The notes beneath the pieces were generated by a model, which was given only the letters and a program-made list of their open reading frames with translations, was not told the origin of the DNA and did not search any database. A stretch of 64,000 bases of DNA from an uncultured Candidatus Rokubacteria bacterium. GTDB lineage: Bacteria > Methylomirabilota > Methylomirabilia > Rokubacteriales > DASRDR01. The position numbers and the translations under genes were made by a program. The first letter of the stretch is position 1. Every line of letters starts with the position of its first letter. Below are positions 40,844 through 50,330 of the stretch, in pieces. The stretch lies in NCBI GenBank assembly GCA_963826115.1, contig CAWGVS010000005.1, positions 416,001 to 480,000 on the forward strand, given 5' to 3'.

Positions 40844-41233
40844 ATGGTGGTCGGTATCGGCATCGACGTCGTCGAGATCGCCCGCATCCGGCGCCTGATG
40901 GAGCGGTGGGAGGATCGGTTCCTCCAGCGCGTCTTCACCGAGGCGGAGATCGCCTACGCGCGCCGCCGCCCCGACCCCGCCCAGCACCTGGCCGCGCGCT
41001 TCGCTGCGAAGGAAGCGACGCTGAAGGCGCTCGGCACCGGGCTGTCGATGGGCGTCCGGTGGCGGGAGATGGAGGTCCGGCGAGGCCGGGGCGAGCCGCC
41101 CAGGCTCGCGCTCAGCGGCCGCACCGCCGAGCTCGGCGAGGCCCGCGGCGTGAAGCGGCTCCACGTCTCCTTGACCCACGACGCCGGGCTCGCGGTGGCG
41201 CAGGTCCTCGCCGAGGGCGAGGGCGCGCCGTGA
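40844..41233 (+). CDS. acpS: holo-[acyl-carrier-protein] synthase
   Basis: GIGIDVVE, AARFAAKEA.LKALGTG and VSLTHD. Confidence 0.95.
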   Translation: MVVGIGIDVVEIARIRRLMERWEDRFLQRVFTEAEIAYARRRPDPAQHLAARFAAKEATLKALGTGLSMGVRWREMEVRRGRGEPPRLALSGRTAELGEARGVKRLHVSLTHDAGLAVAQVLAEGEGAP

Positions 41234-41267
41234 GGTTGCCGTCGCGCCCGTCGCGGACACGCGTCGC

Positions 41268-42836
41268 GTGATCCCGCTCGCCACCGCCGAGGAGATGCGC
41301 CAGGCCGACCGGCGCGCGACGGAGCGCTACGGCGTGCCGAGCCTCCTCCTGATGGAGAACGCGGGCCGGGGGGCCGCCGACGCCCTCGAGCGCGTGCTCG
41401 GGCCGGTCGCGGGCCGCCGGGTTTCCGTGATCTGCGGGAAGGGAAACAACGGCGGCGACGGTTTCGTCCTCGCGCGTCACCTGCTGGGCCGCGGCGCCCG
41501 GGTCTCGACGTGGCTCGTCGGCCGGGCCGCCGACGTCCAGGGCGACGCCCGCGTCAACATGGAGGCGCTCCAGCGCGCCGGCGAACGCGTCGCCGAGGTC
41601 CCCGACGCGGACGGGAGCGCGTTCGGCCGCCTGCGGGACGAGCTCGCGACCGCCGACGTCCTCGTCGACGCCCTGCTCGGCACCGGCGTCCGCGGGCCCG
41701 CGACCGGTGCGATCGCCGCCGCGATCGAGGCCCTCAACGCGGCGGGGCGGCCCGTCTGCGCGCTCGACCTTCCGTCCGGCCTGCCGTCCGACGGGGAGGC
41801 GCCCGCGGGCCCGGTCGTGCGGGCGCGCCTCACGGTGACCTTCGGGCTGCCGAAGCTCGGGCTCCTCCTGTCGGCGGGAAGCGCCCACGCGGGGCAGCTC
41901 GAGATCGCCGATCTCGGGATCCCCCGCGCGTGGCTGGGCGAGGGGATTCCGACCGCGCTCCTCGAGGCCGCCGACGTGCGGGCGTCGCTCCCGCTCCGGC
42001 CGGCCGAGGCCCACAAGGGAAGCTACGGCCATCTGCTGGTGGTGGCGGGCTCCGTCGGGCGGACCGGCGCCGCCGTCCTCGCGTGCCTCGGCGCGCTCCG
42101 GGCGGGCACCGGTCTCGTGACCTGCGGGACGGCGGCCTCGCAGCAGCCCGTCGTCGCGGCACAGCTCCCCGAGCCCATGACCGAGCCGCTCCCGGAGACC
42201 GCCGCGCGGAGCATCTCCCAGAAGGCCGTGGAGCGCATCGTCGAGCTCCTGTCCCGGATGGACGCGCTCGCGCTCGGCCCCGGGATCGGCCTCGATCCGG
42301 AGACCCAGTCGGCCGTCCGCGCCCTGGTCCGGGACGCCGAGCGACCGATGGTCGTGGACGCCGACGCGCTGACCGCGCTGGCAGGCCAGGTGAGTCTCTG
42401 CCGCAACGCGCGCGCGCCGCGCCTCCTGACCCCGCATCCCGGCGAGGCGGCCCGGCTCCTGGGACGGACCATCGCCGAGGTCCAGGCGGACCGCGTCGGG
42501 TACGCGCGACGCCTCGCCGCCGAGAGCGGGGCCGTCGTCGCCCTGAAGGGCGCGCGGACGGTCGTGGCGGATCCCGGCGGCTTCGCGACGCTGAACCCGA
42601 CCGGCAACCCCGGGATGGCGACCGGCGGCACCGGCGACGTGCTCACCGGCATCGTGGGCGGGCTCCTCGCCCAGGGCGTCGCGCCGACCGCGGCGCTCGC
42701 CGCCGCCGTGTACCTCCACGGCCTTGCGGGAGACCTCGCGGCGGCCGCGCGCGGCGAGGCGGGGCTCGTCGCGGGGGACGTGGCCGACGCCGTGCCGGCC
42801 GCGATCCGTCGCGTCCGCGACGCGGCTGCGGCGTGA
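41268..42836 (+). CDS. nnr: bifunctional NAD(P)H-hydrate epimerase/dehydratase
   Basis: [39 protein letters not shown] and ATGGTGDVL. Confidence 0.95.
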   Translation: MIPLATAEEMRQADRRATERYGVPSLLLMENAGRGAADALERVLGPVAGRRVSVICGKGNNGGDGFVLARHLLGRGARVSTWLVGRAADVQGDARVNMEALQRAGERVAEVPDADGSAFGRLRDELATADVLVDALLGTGVRGPATGAIAAAIEALNAAGRPVCALDLPSGLPSDGEAPAGPVVRARLTVTFGLPKLGLLLSAGSAHAGQLEIADLGIPRAWLGEGIPTALLEAADVRASLPLRPAEAHKGSYGHLLVVAGSVGRTGAAVLACLGALRAGTGLVTCGTAASQQPVVAAQLPEPMTEPLPETAARSISQKAVERIVELLSRMDALALGPGIGLDPETQSAVRALVRDAERPMVVDADALTALAGQVSLCRNARAPRLLTPHPGEAARLLGRTIAEVQADRVGYARRLAAESGAVVALKGARTVVADPGGFATLNPTGNPGMATGGTGDVLTGIVGGLLAQGVAPTAALAAAVYLHGLAGDLAAAARGEAGLVAGDVADAVPAAIRRVRDAAAA

Positions 42837-43339
42837 GCGCGGGTCGGCCCGCCGGCGCCGCGCCGGCGGGCGGGGTAGTCGCCCTTGTCTGCGCAACCGC
42901 CGAGGACACGCGGGCTCTCGCGGCGCGGATCGCGCGGCGCGCGACGCCCGGCACGGTGATCGCGCTCAGCGGGGACCTCGGCGCCGGCAAGACCTGCTTC
43001 ATCCAGGGCCTGGCGGCCGGGCTGGGTATCACGGGCCCCGTGACCAGTCCCACCTTCGTCATGATCGCGGAGTACGCGGGCCGCCTCCCGCTCTACCACG
43101 TGGACCTCTACCGGACCGAGAGCCTCGGCGAGATCCGCCGGCTGGGCCTCGATGAGATGCTGGACGGCGCCGGCGTGACCGCGATCGAGTGGGCGGAGAA
43201 GGGGGAGCCGCTCCTGCCCACGCGGGCGATCCGCGTCCGGATCACCGGCGCCGGCGACGAGCCGCGGGCGGTCGAGCTCGAGGGCGTTCCTCCGGACTGG
43301 CCGTCGGACTGGGCGGCGTGCGAGGTGGATCCCGCCTGA
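42833..43339 (+). CDS. tsaE: tRNA threonylcarbamoyladenosine biosynthesis ATPase
   Basis: [20 protein letters not shown] and IEWAE. Confidence 0.93.
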   Translation: MSAGRPAGAAPAGGVVALVCATAEDTRALAARIARRATPGTVIALSGDLGAGKTCFIQGLAAGLGITGPVTSPTFVMIAEYAGRLPLYHVDLYRTESLGEIRRLGLDEMLDGAGVTAIEWAEKGEPLLPTRAIRVRITGAGDEPRAVELEGVPPDWPSDWAACEVDPA

Positions 43340-43501
43340 CACCTCGCGCCTGAGTGCGTCGCGGTGCGGCGGCCCTGCGGCCGCTGGCCGTGAGCGTGCG
43401 GAGGCGGCCCCGTCCACGAGTCGATACGGGCGCGGGGCGACCCGACGCGCTCCTCGAGCCGGAATCCCGCGCCGATCGCGTCTTCCACTCTGCCATCGCG
43501 C

Positions 43502-43517
43502 TGGCACCGACGTTGCT
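43502..43517 (+). promoter_or_regulatory. sigma-54 (-24/-12) promoter of radC
   Basis: TGGCAC-N5-TTGCT, matches the RpoN consensus with correct spacing. Confidence 0.75.
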
Positions 43518-43531
43518 CTCCGCCCAAGGTC

Positions 43532-44221
43532 GTGAACGGCCAGCGTCCTCCGATTCGGGAGTGGCCCCCCGAGGATCGCCCGCGCGAGCGGTTCCTCACG
43601 AAGGGCGCCGACGCGCTCAGCGATGCCGAGTGCCTCGCGCTCCTCCTCGGCGGCGGCGTGCCGGGGCACACCGCGCTCGACCAGGCGCAATCGCTCCTCG
43701 CCGCCTTCGGCTCCCTCGCCGCGCTCGCGGACCGCGAGGTCCAGGAGCTCGCGTGGGTTGGGGGGCTCGGCATCGCGAAGGCCGTGCGCCTGGGGGCGGC
43801 CATCGAGCTGTCCCGGCGCCTCCGCGCCCGGCCGAACGGCGGGCGCGTTCGGCTGTCGAGCCCCGAGGAGGTCGCGGGCTTCTTCGGTCCCCGCCTCGAG
43901 TCGCTGAAGAAAGAGGTGTTCCGTGTCGCGCTGCTCGACAGCCAGAACGGGCTCCTCCGGGACGTCCAGGTTTCCGAGGGCAGCCTGTCGGCCTCGATCG
44001 TCCACCCGCGCGAGGTCTTCCGGACGGCGATCCTCGAGGCCACCGCCCACCTGATCCTGGTCCACAACCATCCGTCCGGCGACCCGACGCCGTCCAAGGA
44101 AGACGTCCACCTCACGCGGCAGCTCGTGGAGGGCGCGCGGCTTCTCGGCCTGCGCGTCCACGATCACGTCATCATCGGCCGCGGCAGCCACGTGAGCCTC
44201 GCCCAGCGCGGGCTCATCTGA
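43532..44221 (+). CDS. radC: RadC (JAB domain) protein
   Basis: RPRE, LSDAE.LA, VHPREVF, HNHPSGDPTPS..D and DHVIIG. Confidence 0.95.
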   Translation: MNGQRPPIREWPPEDRPRERFLTKGADALSDAECLALLLGGGVPGHTALDQAQSLLAAFGSLAALADREVQELAWVGGLGIAKAVRLGAAIELSRRLRARPNGGRVRLSSPEEVAGFFGPRLESLKKEVFRVALLDSQNGLLRDVQVSEGSLSASIVHPREVFRTAILEATAHLILVHNHPSGDPTPSKEDVHLTRQLVEGARLLGLRVHDHVIIGRGSHVSLAQRGLI

Positions 44222-44244
44222 CCGCCGCTGGGGAGGGAAGCGCC

Positions 44245-44550
44245 ATGCGATTCATGATCGAGGGCCGGCTCCGTCCGTCGTGCGGGCTCACGCCGGCGGA
44301 GTACTTCGACCTCGCGGTGCGGGAGTGGGAGATGGTCCTGGGCTGGCTCGCCTCCGGCGTCGCCCTCGCCTACGGCCGCCCGGTCTCGGTGCCGGGCGGC
44401 ACGCTCCTGGTCGACGTCGCGTCGGAGGGCGACGCGCGCGCGCTCGCGGCCACGCTGCCGCTCGCGCCCTACGCCGACGTCACGGTCCGCCGGTCGGACC
44501 TGCCGCCGCTCCGCCCGGCACGCCCCCGGCCGGCGCTCGCCTCGGGCTGA
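44245..44550 (+). CDS. muconolactone isomerase/YCII-like small protein
   Basis: MRFMI...E..., GG...VDVAS...LPLAPYADVTV pattern; GGAGG RBS. Confidence 0.6.
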   Translation: MRFMIEGRLRPSCGLTPAEYFDLAVREWEMVLGWLASGVALAYGRPVSVPGGTLLVDVASEGDARALAATLPLAPYADVTVRRSDLPPLRPARPRPALASG

Positions 44551-44565
44551 TTCGCCCGGGCCGCG

Positions 44566-45597
44566 TCAGGCCGGCCCGCGGAGATCGGCGAGGCGGCGGA
44601 GCCCGCGCCGCTCGAGGACGGCGAGAAGCGCGCGGTTCACGCGCCGGGGGAAGGTCGGCCCCTCCGTGATGAACGCGGTGAAGCAGCCCACCGCGTCGGC
44701 GCCCGCCTCGATGGCGGCCAGCGCATTCTCCGGGGTGCGGACGCCGCCCGTCGCGATGAGCCCCACGCGCGGGCCGACCGTCCGGCGGAGCTCGCGGATC
44801 GTCTCGAGGACCGTGGGGAAGAGCTCCGGCCCCGAGAGGCCGCCCGCGCGCTGCGAGAGCCGGGGCTCCTCGATCCTTCGGGTGTTGCCGAAGTTGATGG
44901 CGTCGATGCCCGCCTCGAGGGCGGCCGGCACGATGGCGCTCCGGTTCTGGTCGCGGTAGTCGGGGGAGAGCTTCAGGATGACGGGCTTCCGAGTCGCCTC
45001 GCGGACCTGACCGAGGAGGTCGCGGACCCGCGCCGGCGAGCCCGACAGCTCGTACACGAGCCGCGTGTTCGGCGACGAGATGTTGAGCTCCACGAGGTCG
45101 GCGAAGGGCTCGAGCGACTCGACGAGCCGCCGGTATTCCTCCGGGGACTCGCCCGCGACGCTCAGGATGAGGGGTCGCTCGTGGACCAGCCCGGGCAGGG
45201 AGCGCCGGAAAGCCTCGAGCCCCGGGTTCTGGAAGCCGTTGCAGTTGACGAGCCCCGGCCCCGCCGGCGTCGTCACGCGGACCAGGTTGGGCTCGGGGTG
45301 GCCCGGCCGCGGCCCGACGGTGATGCTCTTCGCGGTCACCGCACCGAAGCCGAGGGCCATCGCGCGTCGAAGTATGCGGACGTCGTAGTACATCGAGGAC
45401 AGGATGAGCGGGCCGGGGAGGCGGACGCCGCCGAGGTCGACGGCGAGCCTCAGGTCGTCGACGGCGAGGGCGCGGAGGGGCGCGACGGGGATCGCGCGGA
45501 ACATCGCCTGGCCGACGCGCACCGCCCTGGCCTCGGGGAGGCGGGCGAGCCCGCCGTACACCGCGCGATAGAGCCGATCGGAGAGCGGGAGGCGCAT
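44566..45597 (-). CDS. pyrD: dihydroorotate dehydrogenase (atypical)
   Basis: KSIT..PRPGHPEP, NCNGFQN, ELNISSPNT, LKLSPD, GGLSG and ATGGV. Confidence 0.8.
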   Translation of the reverse strand: MRLPLSDRLYRAVYGGLARLPEARAVRVGQAMFRAIPVAPLRALAVDDLRLAVDLGGVRLPGPLILSSMYYDVRILRRAMALGFGAVTAKSITVGPRPGHPEPNLVRVTTPAGPGLVNCNGFQNPGLEAFRRSLPGLVHERPLILSVAGESPEEYRRLVESLEPFADLVELNISSPNTRLVYELSGSPARVRDLLGQVREATRKPVILKLSPDYRDQNRSAIVPAALEAGIDAINFGNTRRIEEPRLSQRAGGLSGPELFPTVLETIRELRRTVGPRVGLIATGGVRTPENALAAIEAGADAVGCFTAFITEGPTFPRRVNRALLAVLERRGLRRLADLRGPA

Positions 45598-45797
45598 CAG
45601 GCCGCCGAAGGATACACCCGCGCTCCCGGCGTCGCAACGCCGCGTGGTGCTCGAGGCACCGCCGTCGACAACCTCCACGACGGCCGCTTGACAGCCGGCG
45701 CCCGGACGCCTTAACCATCGGGGGAAGGTCGTGCCGGGCCCCCGGCCGTGCAGCGGACATCCGGCCGCGCTCGGGTCCGGCATGCAGGAGGTCGACC

Positions 45798-46997
45798 ATG
45801 AGGCCCTTCGCTTCACTCATCGGGTCGGCGGCAGTGCTCGCCATCGTCGTGGGTGCGTTACCCCGCCACGCGGAGACCGAGCTGGACTGGAAGGTTGGCG
45901 CCGCCGAGATTTGCGAGACGAAACACTCCTACCACTTCTATCACCGCTTCTCCAGTACGTTCGAGGTCGACGTCGCGGGGCCGATGGACGCCATCGAGAG
46001 CAGCGACGCCGCCTTCCACCCGAAGACGGGCAAGGCCGAGGCCCGCAGCGTCTGGAAATCGGCGATTGGCGCGGACGCCACGCCTTGGCAGGAGCTCGCC
46101 ATGGTCGCCACGTGCGAGGCGGACCCGTGGCTCTTCCCCAAGTCAGTCGCCAAGTGCGGCAACTTCCAGGGCAAGGGCACCTGCACCAAACCCCAGTGCA
46201 CGTCGCCGGACGCCTCTCCGCCGTTTCGGGTCCCGGCCGGTGTCTTCAAGGACAAGCCCCTGCCGGGGAGCGCGATCCCGCGTCCGAAGTTCATCGCGCC
46301 CGCGCAGGACCAGGCGGCGATGGTGCTGGAGGTCCCCGTACAGCTTGAGGCGGGGATGCCCCGCGCGCCCTATTGCTCGGTCCTCGACGTCGCGGGGGTG
46401 GGGTCCGGCGGAGCGACCGTCGCCGCGAGCTGGCGGGTCGCCGACGGACCCGTCAAGGGGGTCGTTTCGTTCGTCGGGAAGCCGCAGGGGAAGTGGATGC
46501 TCACGGCTACCCCCCGGCAGTACACGGGCAAGCCGGATTCCGAGGCCTGGACCCCCGGGACGCCCGAGTCTCGGGGGTTCTACGTCGGCCCCTCCTGGCC
46601 GGGCGCGAAGGAGAAGCCCGTGAGCGTGACCATGCTGAAGGTCATCTCACCGGTTAAGGGCACGAGCGTGCCGGCGAAGGGCGGGGCGCTCACGATCTCG
46701 ATCCACCAGGACCTCCGCAATGCGACGAACCCGAAGCGCGTCACCCTGACCTGGCAGTACGTGGAGTCACCGCTGCCCGGCACCCCCTGGCCCGGGCAGA
46801 GCGTGCTACCGGCGGTCCTGGAGCTCACGCCGCAGATGAAGTCACCCAGCGCGCCGAACAAGGAGTGGCTCAACTACCAGAAGCCGCTGGACTTCACGGG
46901 ACAGACGACGCACAAGAACTGGAAGCTCCGGGCCTGCGTCCGCGCCTACGACTCCGACCTCTGTCAGGAGAGCGCGTTCACACTGGTGGGGTCCTGA
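45798..46997 (+). CDS. secreted Cys-containing hypothetical protein
   Basis: AGGAGG RBS, signal peptide, TTGACA upstream, eight Cys; no recognisable family. Confidence 0.7.
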   Translation: MRPFASLIGSAAVLAIVVGALPRHAETELDWKVGAAEICETKHSYHFYHRFSSTFEVDVAGPMDAIESSDAAFHPKTGKAEARSVWKSAIGADATPWQELAMVATCEADPWLFPKSVAKCGNFQGKGTCTKPQCTSPDASPPFRVPAGVFKDKPLPGSAIPRPKFIAPAQDQAAMVLEVPVQLEAGMPRAPYCSVLDVAGVGSGGATVAASWRVADGPVKGVVSFVGKPQGKWMLTATPRQYTGKPDSEAWTPGTPESRGFYVGPSWPGAKEKPVSVTMLKVISPVKGTSVPAKGGALTISIHQDLRNATNPKRVTLTWQYVESPLPGTPWPGQSVLPAVLELTPQMKSPSAPNKEWLNYQKPLDFTGQTTHKNWKLRACVRAYDSDLCQESAFTLVGS

Positions 46998-47049
46998 TCG
47001 GGCCGCCGGCGCGAGGCGGGCGATTTCGCCCGCGCCGGCGGGCTCAGGG

Positions 47050-47077
47050 TTGACTTCGCCCTCTCCCGCCGTAAAAT
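47050..47077 (+). promoter_or_regulatory. sigma70 promoter of the tRNA
   Basis: TTGACT-16nt-TAAAAT. Confidence 0.8.
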
Positions 47078-47087
47078 CGGGAGCCAC

Positions 47088-47163
47088 GGACGATTAGCTC
47101 AGTTGGTAGAGCACCGGCCTCACATGCCGGGGGTCGCAGGTTCAAGTCCTGCATCGTCCACCA
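47088..47163 (+). tRNA. tRNA-Val(CAC)
   Basis: Acceptor GGACGAT/ATCGTCC, D-arm, anticodon stem CCGGC/GCCGG with loop CTCACAT, GGTTCAAGTCC T-arm, encoded CCA. Confidence 0.97.
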
Positions 47164-47176
47164 CCTGAGAGCTCGA

Positions 47177-47215
47177 GAAACCGGGGAGCCACGCGGCTTC
47201 CCGGTTTCCTTGTTT
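47177..47215 (+). terminator. intrinsic terminator after the tRNA (possibly bidirectional)
   Basis: GAAACCGGGGAGCC-acgc-GGCTTCCCGGTTTC followed by CTTGTTT. Confidence 0.75.
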
Positions 47216-47236
47216 CCGGCCGCTCCAGCTGGCGCG

Positions 47237-48080
47237 CTACACCGTGATCTCCATGAGATCGGTGCCGAGGACGACCGGGCCGTCGTAGTCGCGCGCCACG
47301 TCGGCGGGGATGGACTGGAGCATTGCGTCGGACATCGGCCGGAAGTGCGTGAGGACCATCTTCTTCACGCGGGCCTGGCGGGCGATCAGGCCCACGGTGT
47401 CGGCGCACGCGATGGTCTCCCGGGCGAGACGCTCGAAGTACGGCGTGGTCAACTCGGCCCGGGCCATGTAGCAGCACTGGACGAGGACGTCCGCGTCGCG
47501 CGCGAGGCGCTCGAGGCCACCGCACTGGACGGCGTCGCCGCTGAAGGCGACGACCTTGCCCTCGGCCTCCGCGCGGTAGCCGAGGCAGACCCAGCGGCGC
47601 CGGAAGGTCTCGGGGTATCCGAGCCCGTGGCCGTGGACGACCGGCTCGGCGAAGACCCGCCAGCTCCCGCCGTCATGGACCAGCCCGCCCGTGACGTCGA
47701 CGCCCTCGACGGGCACCCAGTCCCGCGCGAGCGCGCCCTGCGAGCCGAAGGCGATGTCCCGCTCGTAGACCTGCTCGACGAGCGCGCTCACGATGGACGC
47801 GGTGCCGGGGGGACCCACGACGCGCAGCGGTCGCGTCCGGCCCTGGAGCCAGCCGGTCAGGATGACGTCCGCGAGGTCGCCGATGTGGTCGTAGTGGTGG
47901 TGGGTGAGGAACACCGGGTGGACCTGCTCGATCGGGATGCCGGCCCGGAGGAGCTGGAGGACCACGCCCCGGCCCGCGTCGAAGAGGAGCCGCGCGCCCT
48001 CGATCTCGAGCGCGGCGGCCGATGCGTATCGCCCCGGGGTCGGGGATCGGGCCGCCGGTGCCGAGGAGCGTGAGCTTCAT
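47237..48080 (-). CDS. RNase Z/AtsA-like MBL-fold hydrolase with a +1 frameshift near 48032-48039
   Basis: MKLTLLGTGGP then, in another frame, LLFDAGRG, THHHYDH, FSGD and LTH; deleting one base of CCCCGGGG joins them. Confidence 0.85.
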
Positions 48081-48161
48081 CGCCGAGCTCCGTTCTACCG
48101 CGACCGCCTAGCGGCGGAGGAGAGCGTGCGTGGTGAAGCGGTGGTGCGTGTCAGACGCGCT

Positions 48162-48656
48162 TCACGCGAGGGTGAGGGAGGTCAGGGTTGCCTGGCCCCA
48201 CCCTCCCTTGTCGGGCTTAATGTCCAGGCGCAGATGCGTCACGTCCTCGGCTGAGGCGGACCACACCTCACGCTCGAAGGTCGTGCCGGGCGGGCTAAAA
48301 GTGAACTCCTGCCGCACGAACTCTCGAAAGGTCCGGCCTCCGTCCGCAGAAAGGGATACTGACAGCTCTTGCGTTCGGCTCATCACTGACTCCTCGACCT
48401 CCACCCCGATCTGTCGGATCGTCTGCGGGCGATCGAAAAGGAGGGTCACGGTCTGCTCCCCGGGTCCGTCGGCGATCCAGCGACTGCCTCCGGGGCCCCC
48501 GTTGCCATCGAAGGCATTGTCGATGGGATGGTCAGACCGTTCCGAGGTCACGTGCACGGTGGCCACGTCAGCCACCGAGATGGCGCCCGCGAAGGATACG
48601 GGTGCGCCGGACCGCCTTGGAACGATCTGCTTCCTCAGCATCGGAGGGGCCTCCAT
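48162..48656 (-). CDS. discoidin/F5-8 type C-like (galactose-binding fold) protein
   Basis: TSE..HPIDNAFDG...SRW, EE...RTQE and QEFTFSP pattern. Confidence 0.7.
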   Translation of the reverse strand: MEAPPMLRKQIVPRRSGAPVSFAGAISVADVATVHVTSERSDHPIDNAFDGNGGPGGSRWIADGPGEQTVTLLFDRPQTIRQIGVEVEESVMSRTQELSVSLSADGGRTFREFVRQEFTFSPPGTTFEREVWSASAEDVTHLRLDIKPDKGGWGQATLTSLTLA

Positions 48657-48692
48657 GAGTCGAGCATTCGAATTCCGAACTCCCTGAGTGTA

Positions 48693-49172
48693 TTATCGCG
48701 GCCGCTCTTTCGTCAGCCGATCTTCGGCCTCGCCGATGTAGGCGGCGATCGTATTGCCGGTCTCATGAATATCGCGCCGCAGGGCGGCTTCGGCCTGTCC
48801 CACGCGCTCGACGACCCGCTGGGCCGCCTCGGCGGGCGCCGCCTTCAGCTGGGTCAGCTCGTCGTCCAGATGCTTGCGCAGCTCGGTGAAGCGCGACGCC
48901 TCGGCGTCATCGGCCAACTTGCGCTGCGCGAGCAGCTCCCGGCCGGACCGCCTCGCTTCGACGAGGGCGGCCGTCTCGAGCCCGAGTACGAACAGCAGAT
49001 AGAGCACCGTGAGGACCGCCGTGGCGGTGAGGAGGATCAGGCCCGGGGGGGCCTCGACGCGGGTCACCAGCAGATGCAGCGGCGCCGGGGCGGCAAGCGT
49101 TTCCCAGTTCAGCGCGGCGAAGGTGCCGAGCACCGTGAGCACGATTACGACCAGAAGAATCTGTGCGCGCAT
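48693..49172 (-). CDS. LapA-like 2-TM membrane protein with coiled-coil tail
   Basis: FAALNW...L.L...EAP.GL and ADDAEASRF; AAGGAGG RBS. Confidence 0.7.
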   Translation of the reverse strand: MRAQILLVVIVLTVLGTFAALNWETLAAPAPLHLLVTRVEAPPGLILLTATAVLTVLYLLFVLGLETAALVEARRSGRELLAQRKLADDAEASRFTELRKHLDDELTQLKAAPAEAAQRVVERVGQAEAALRRDIHETGNTIAAYIGEAEDRLTKERPR

Positions 49173-49521
49173 CGGGCACCTCCTTGGCGGTCGTGACCCG
49201 GGCGGTCGCGGCCTGGGCGGCGACGGGGTGGCACGCCGGTCTCGGTCGAGGCCGCCGGTGAGTGGTCATCACTGGAGCCCCCGGACCGGATCAGGCTCCG
49301 TGGAACGACCGCCGACGGAGGCGCGCCGACTCGTCGACCACAGCCGGCGTCACCGAGGTGTGCCGACGTCCCAGCCCGCATACAGGAGGGTACACCACAT
49401 CGGACGGCGCCGGGCGTCGCGTCAGCGCCCGGGCCCAGGGAGCGATCTCCGGTCGTGGATGGGCTATAGTCGAACCCGGCGCACGAGCCGGGCGCGGAGC
49501 CCGATCGCACAGGAGGGTTGC

Positions 49522-50289
49522 ATGTCGAGCGTGACCAGCGGGGGAGCGGGCCGGAGGGGCGAGTCGATGGAGTGGCAGCTGCGCGTCGATCTGGCTGCGG
49601 CGTTCCGGCTGTCGGCCGACCTCGGCTGGCACGAGGCGGTGGCGAACCACTTCAGCCTGGCGGTGACGTCGGACGGGAAGAAGTTCCTGATGAACCCGAG
49701 GTGGCGGCACTTCGCCCGCGTCAAGGCGAGCGAGCTCCTCCTGCTCGACTCCGACGACAAGGAGACGATGAGCCGCCCCGACGCGCCGGACGCGTCTGCC
49801 TGGTGCATCCACGGGCACCTTCACGGCGCCTTGCCCCAGGCGCGCTGCATCCTCCACTGCCACCCGCCCTACGCGACGGCCATCGCGTCGCTCGCCGATC
49901 CCGAGCTCAAGCCGATCGAGCAGAACACCGCCCGCTACTACCGGCGCTACGCGATCGACCGGGAGTTCGGCGGCATTGCCGACAACGACGAGGAGGGGCG
50001 GCGCCTGGTGCGGGTGATTGGCGACAAGAAGCACGTGATCATGGGGAACCACGGGGTCCTGGTCATGGCGGACACCGTCGCGGAGGCCTTCGACAACCTG
50101 TACTACCTCGAGCGGGCCTGCCAGACGCTGGTCCTCGCCTACTCCACGGGCCAGAAGCTGAAGGTTCTCTCGCACGAGATCGCCGAGGCGACCGCGCGCG
50201 GCTGGGAGGAGTACAAGGACGCGGCGTTCGCCCACTTCGATCAGCTGAAGGCGATCCTCGACGCCAAGGACCCCTCGTACAAGGACTGA
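49522..50289 (+). CDS. class II aldolase/adducin family protein
   Basis: RVDLAAAFR, NHFS, IH, HCH, NHGV and YYLERAC. Confidence 0.92.
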   Translation: MSSVTSGGAGRRGESMEWQLRVDLAAAFRLSADLGWHEAVANHFSLAVTSDGKKFLMNPRWRHFARVKASELLLLDSDDKETMSRPDAPDASAWCIHGHLHGALPQARCILHCHPPYATAIASLADPELKPIEQNTARYYRRYAIDREFGGIADNDEEGRRLVRVIGDKKHVIMGNHGVLVMADTVAEAFDNLYYLERACQTLVLAYSTGQKLKVLSHEIAEATARGWEEYKDAAFAHFDQLKAILDAKDPSYKD

Positions 50290-50330
50290 CCGGATCGGCG
50301 GCCGGCGCCGCCGTCAGCGAGCGAGCGGCG

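Noticed and set aside
43532-44221. radC as a marker of a mobile or anti-defence element
   Set aside because: Full-length form with N-terminal and HhH regions in a housekeeping context, not the short JAB-only mobile type
47088-49500. Genomic island integrated at tRNA-Val
   Set aside because: No integrase, transposase or duplicated tRNA 3' end seen in the window
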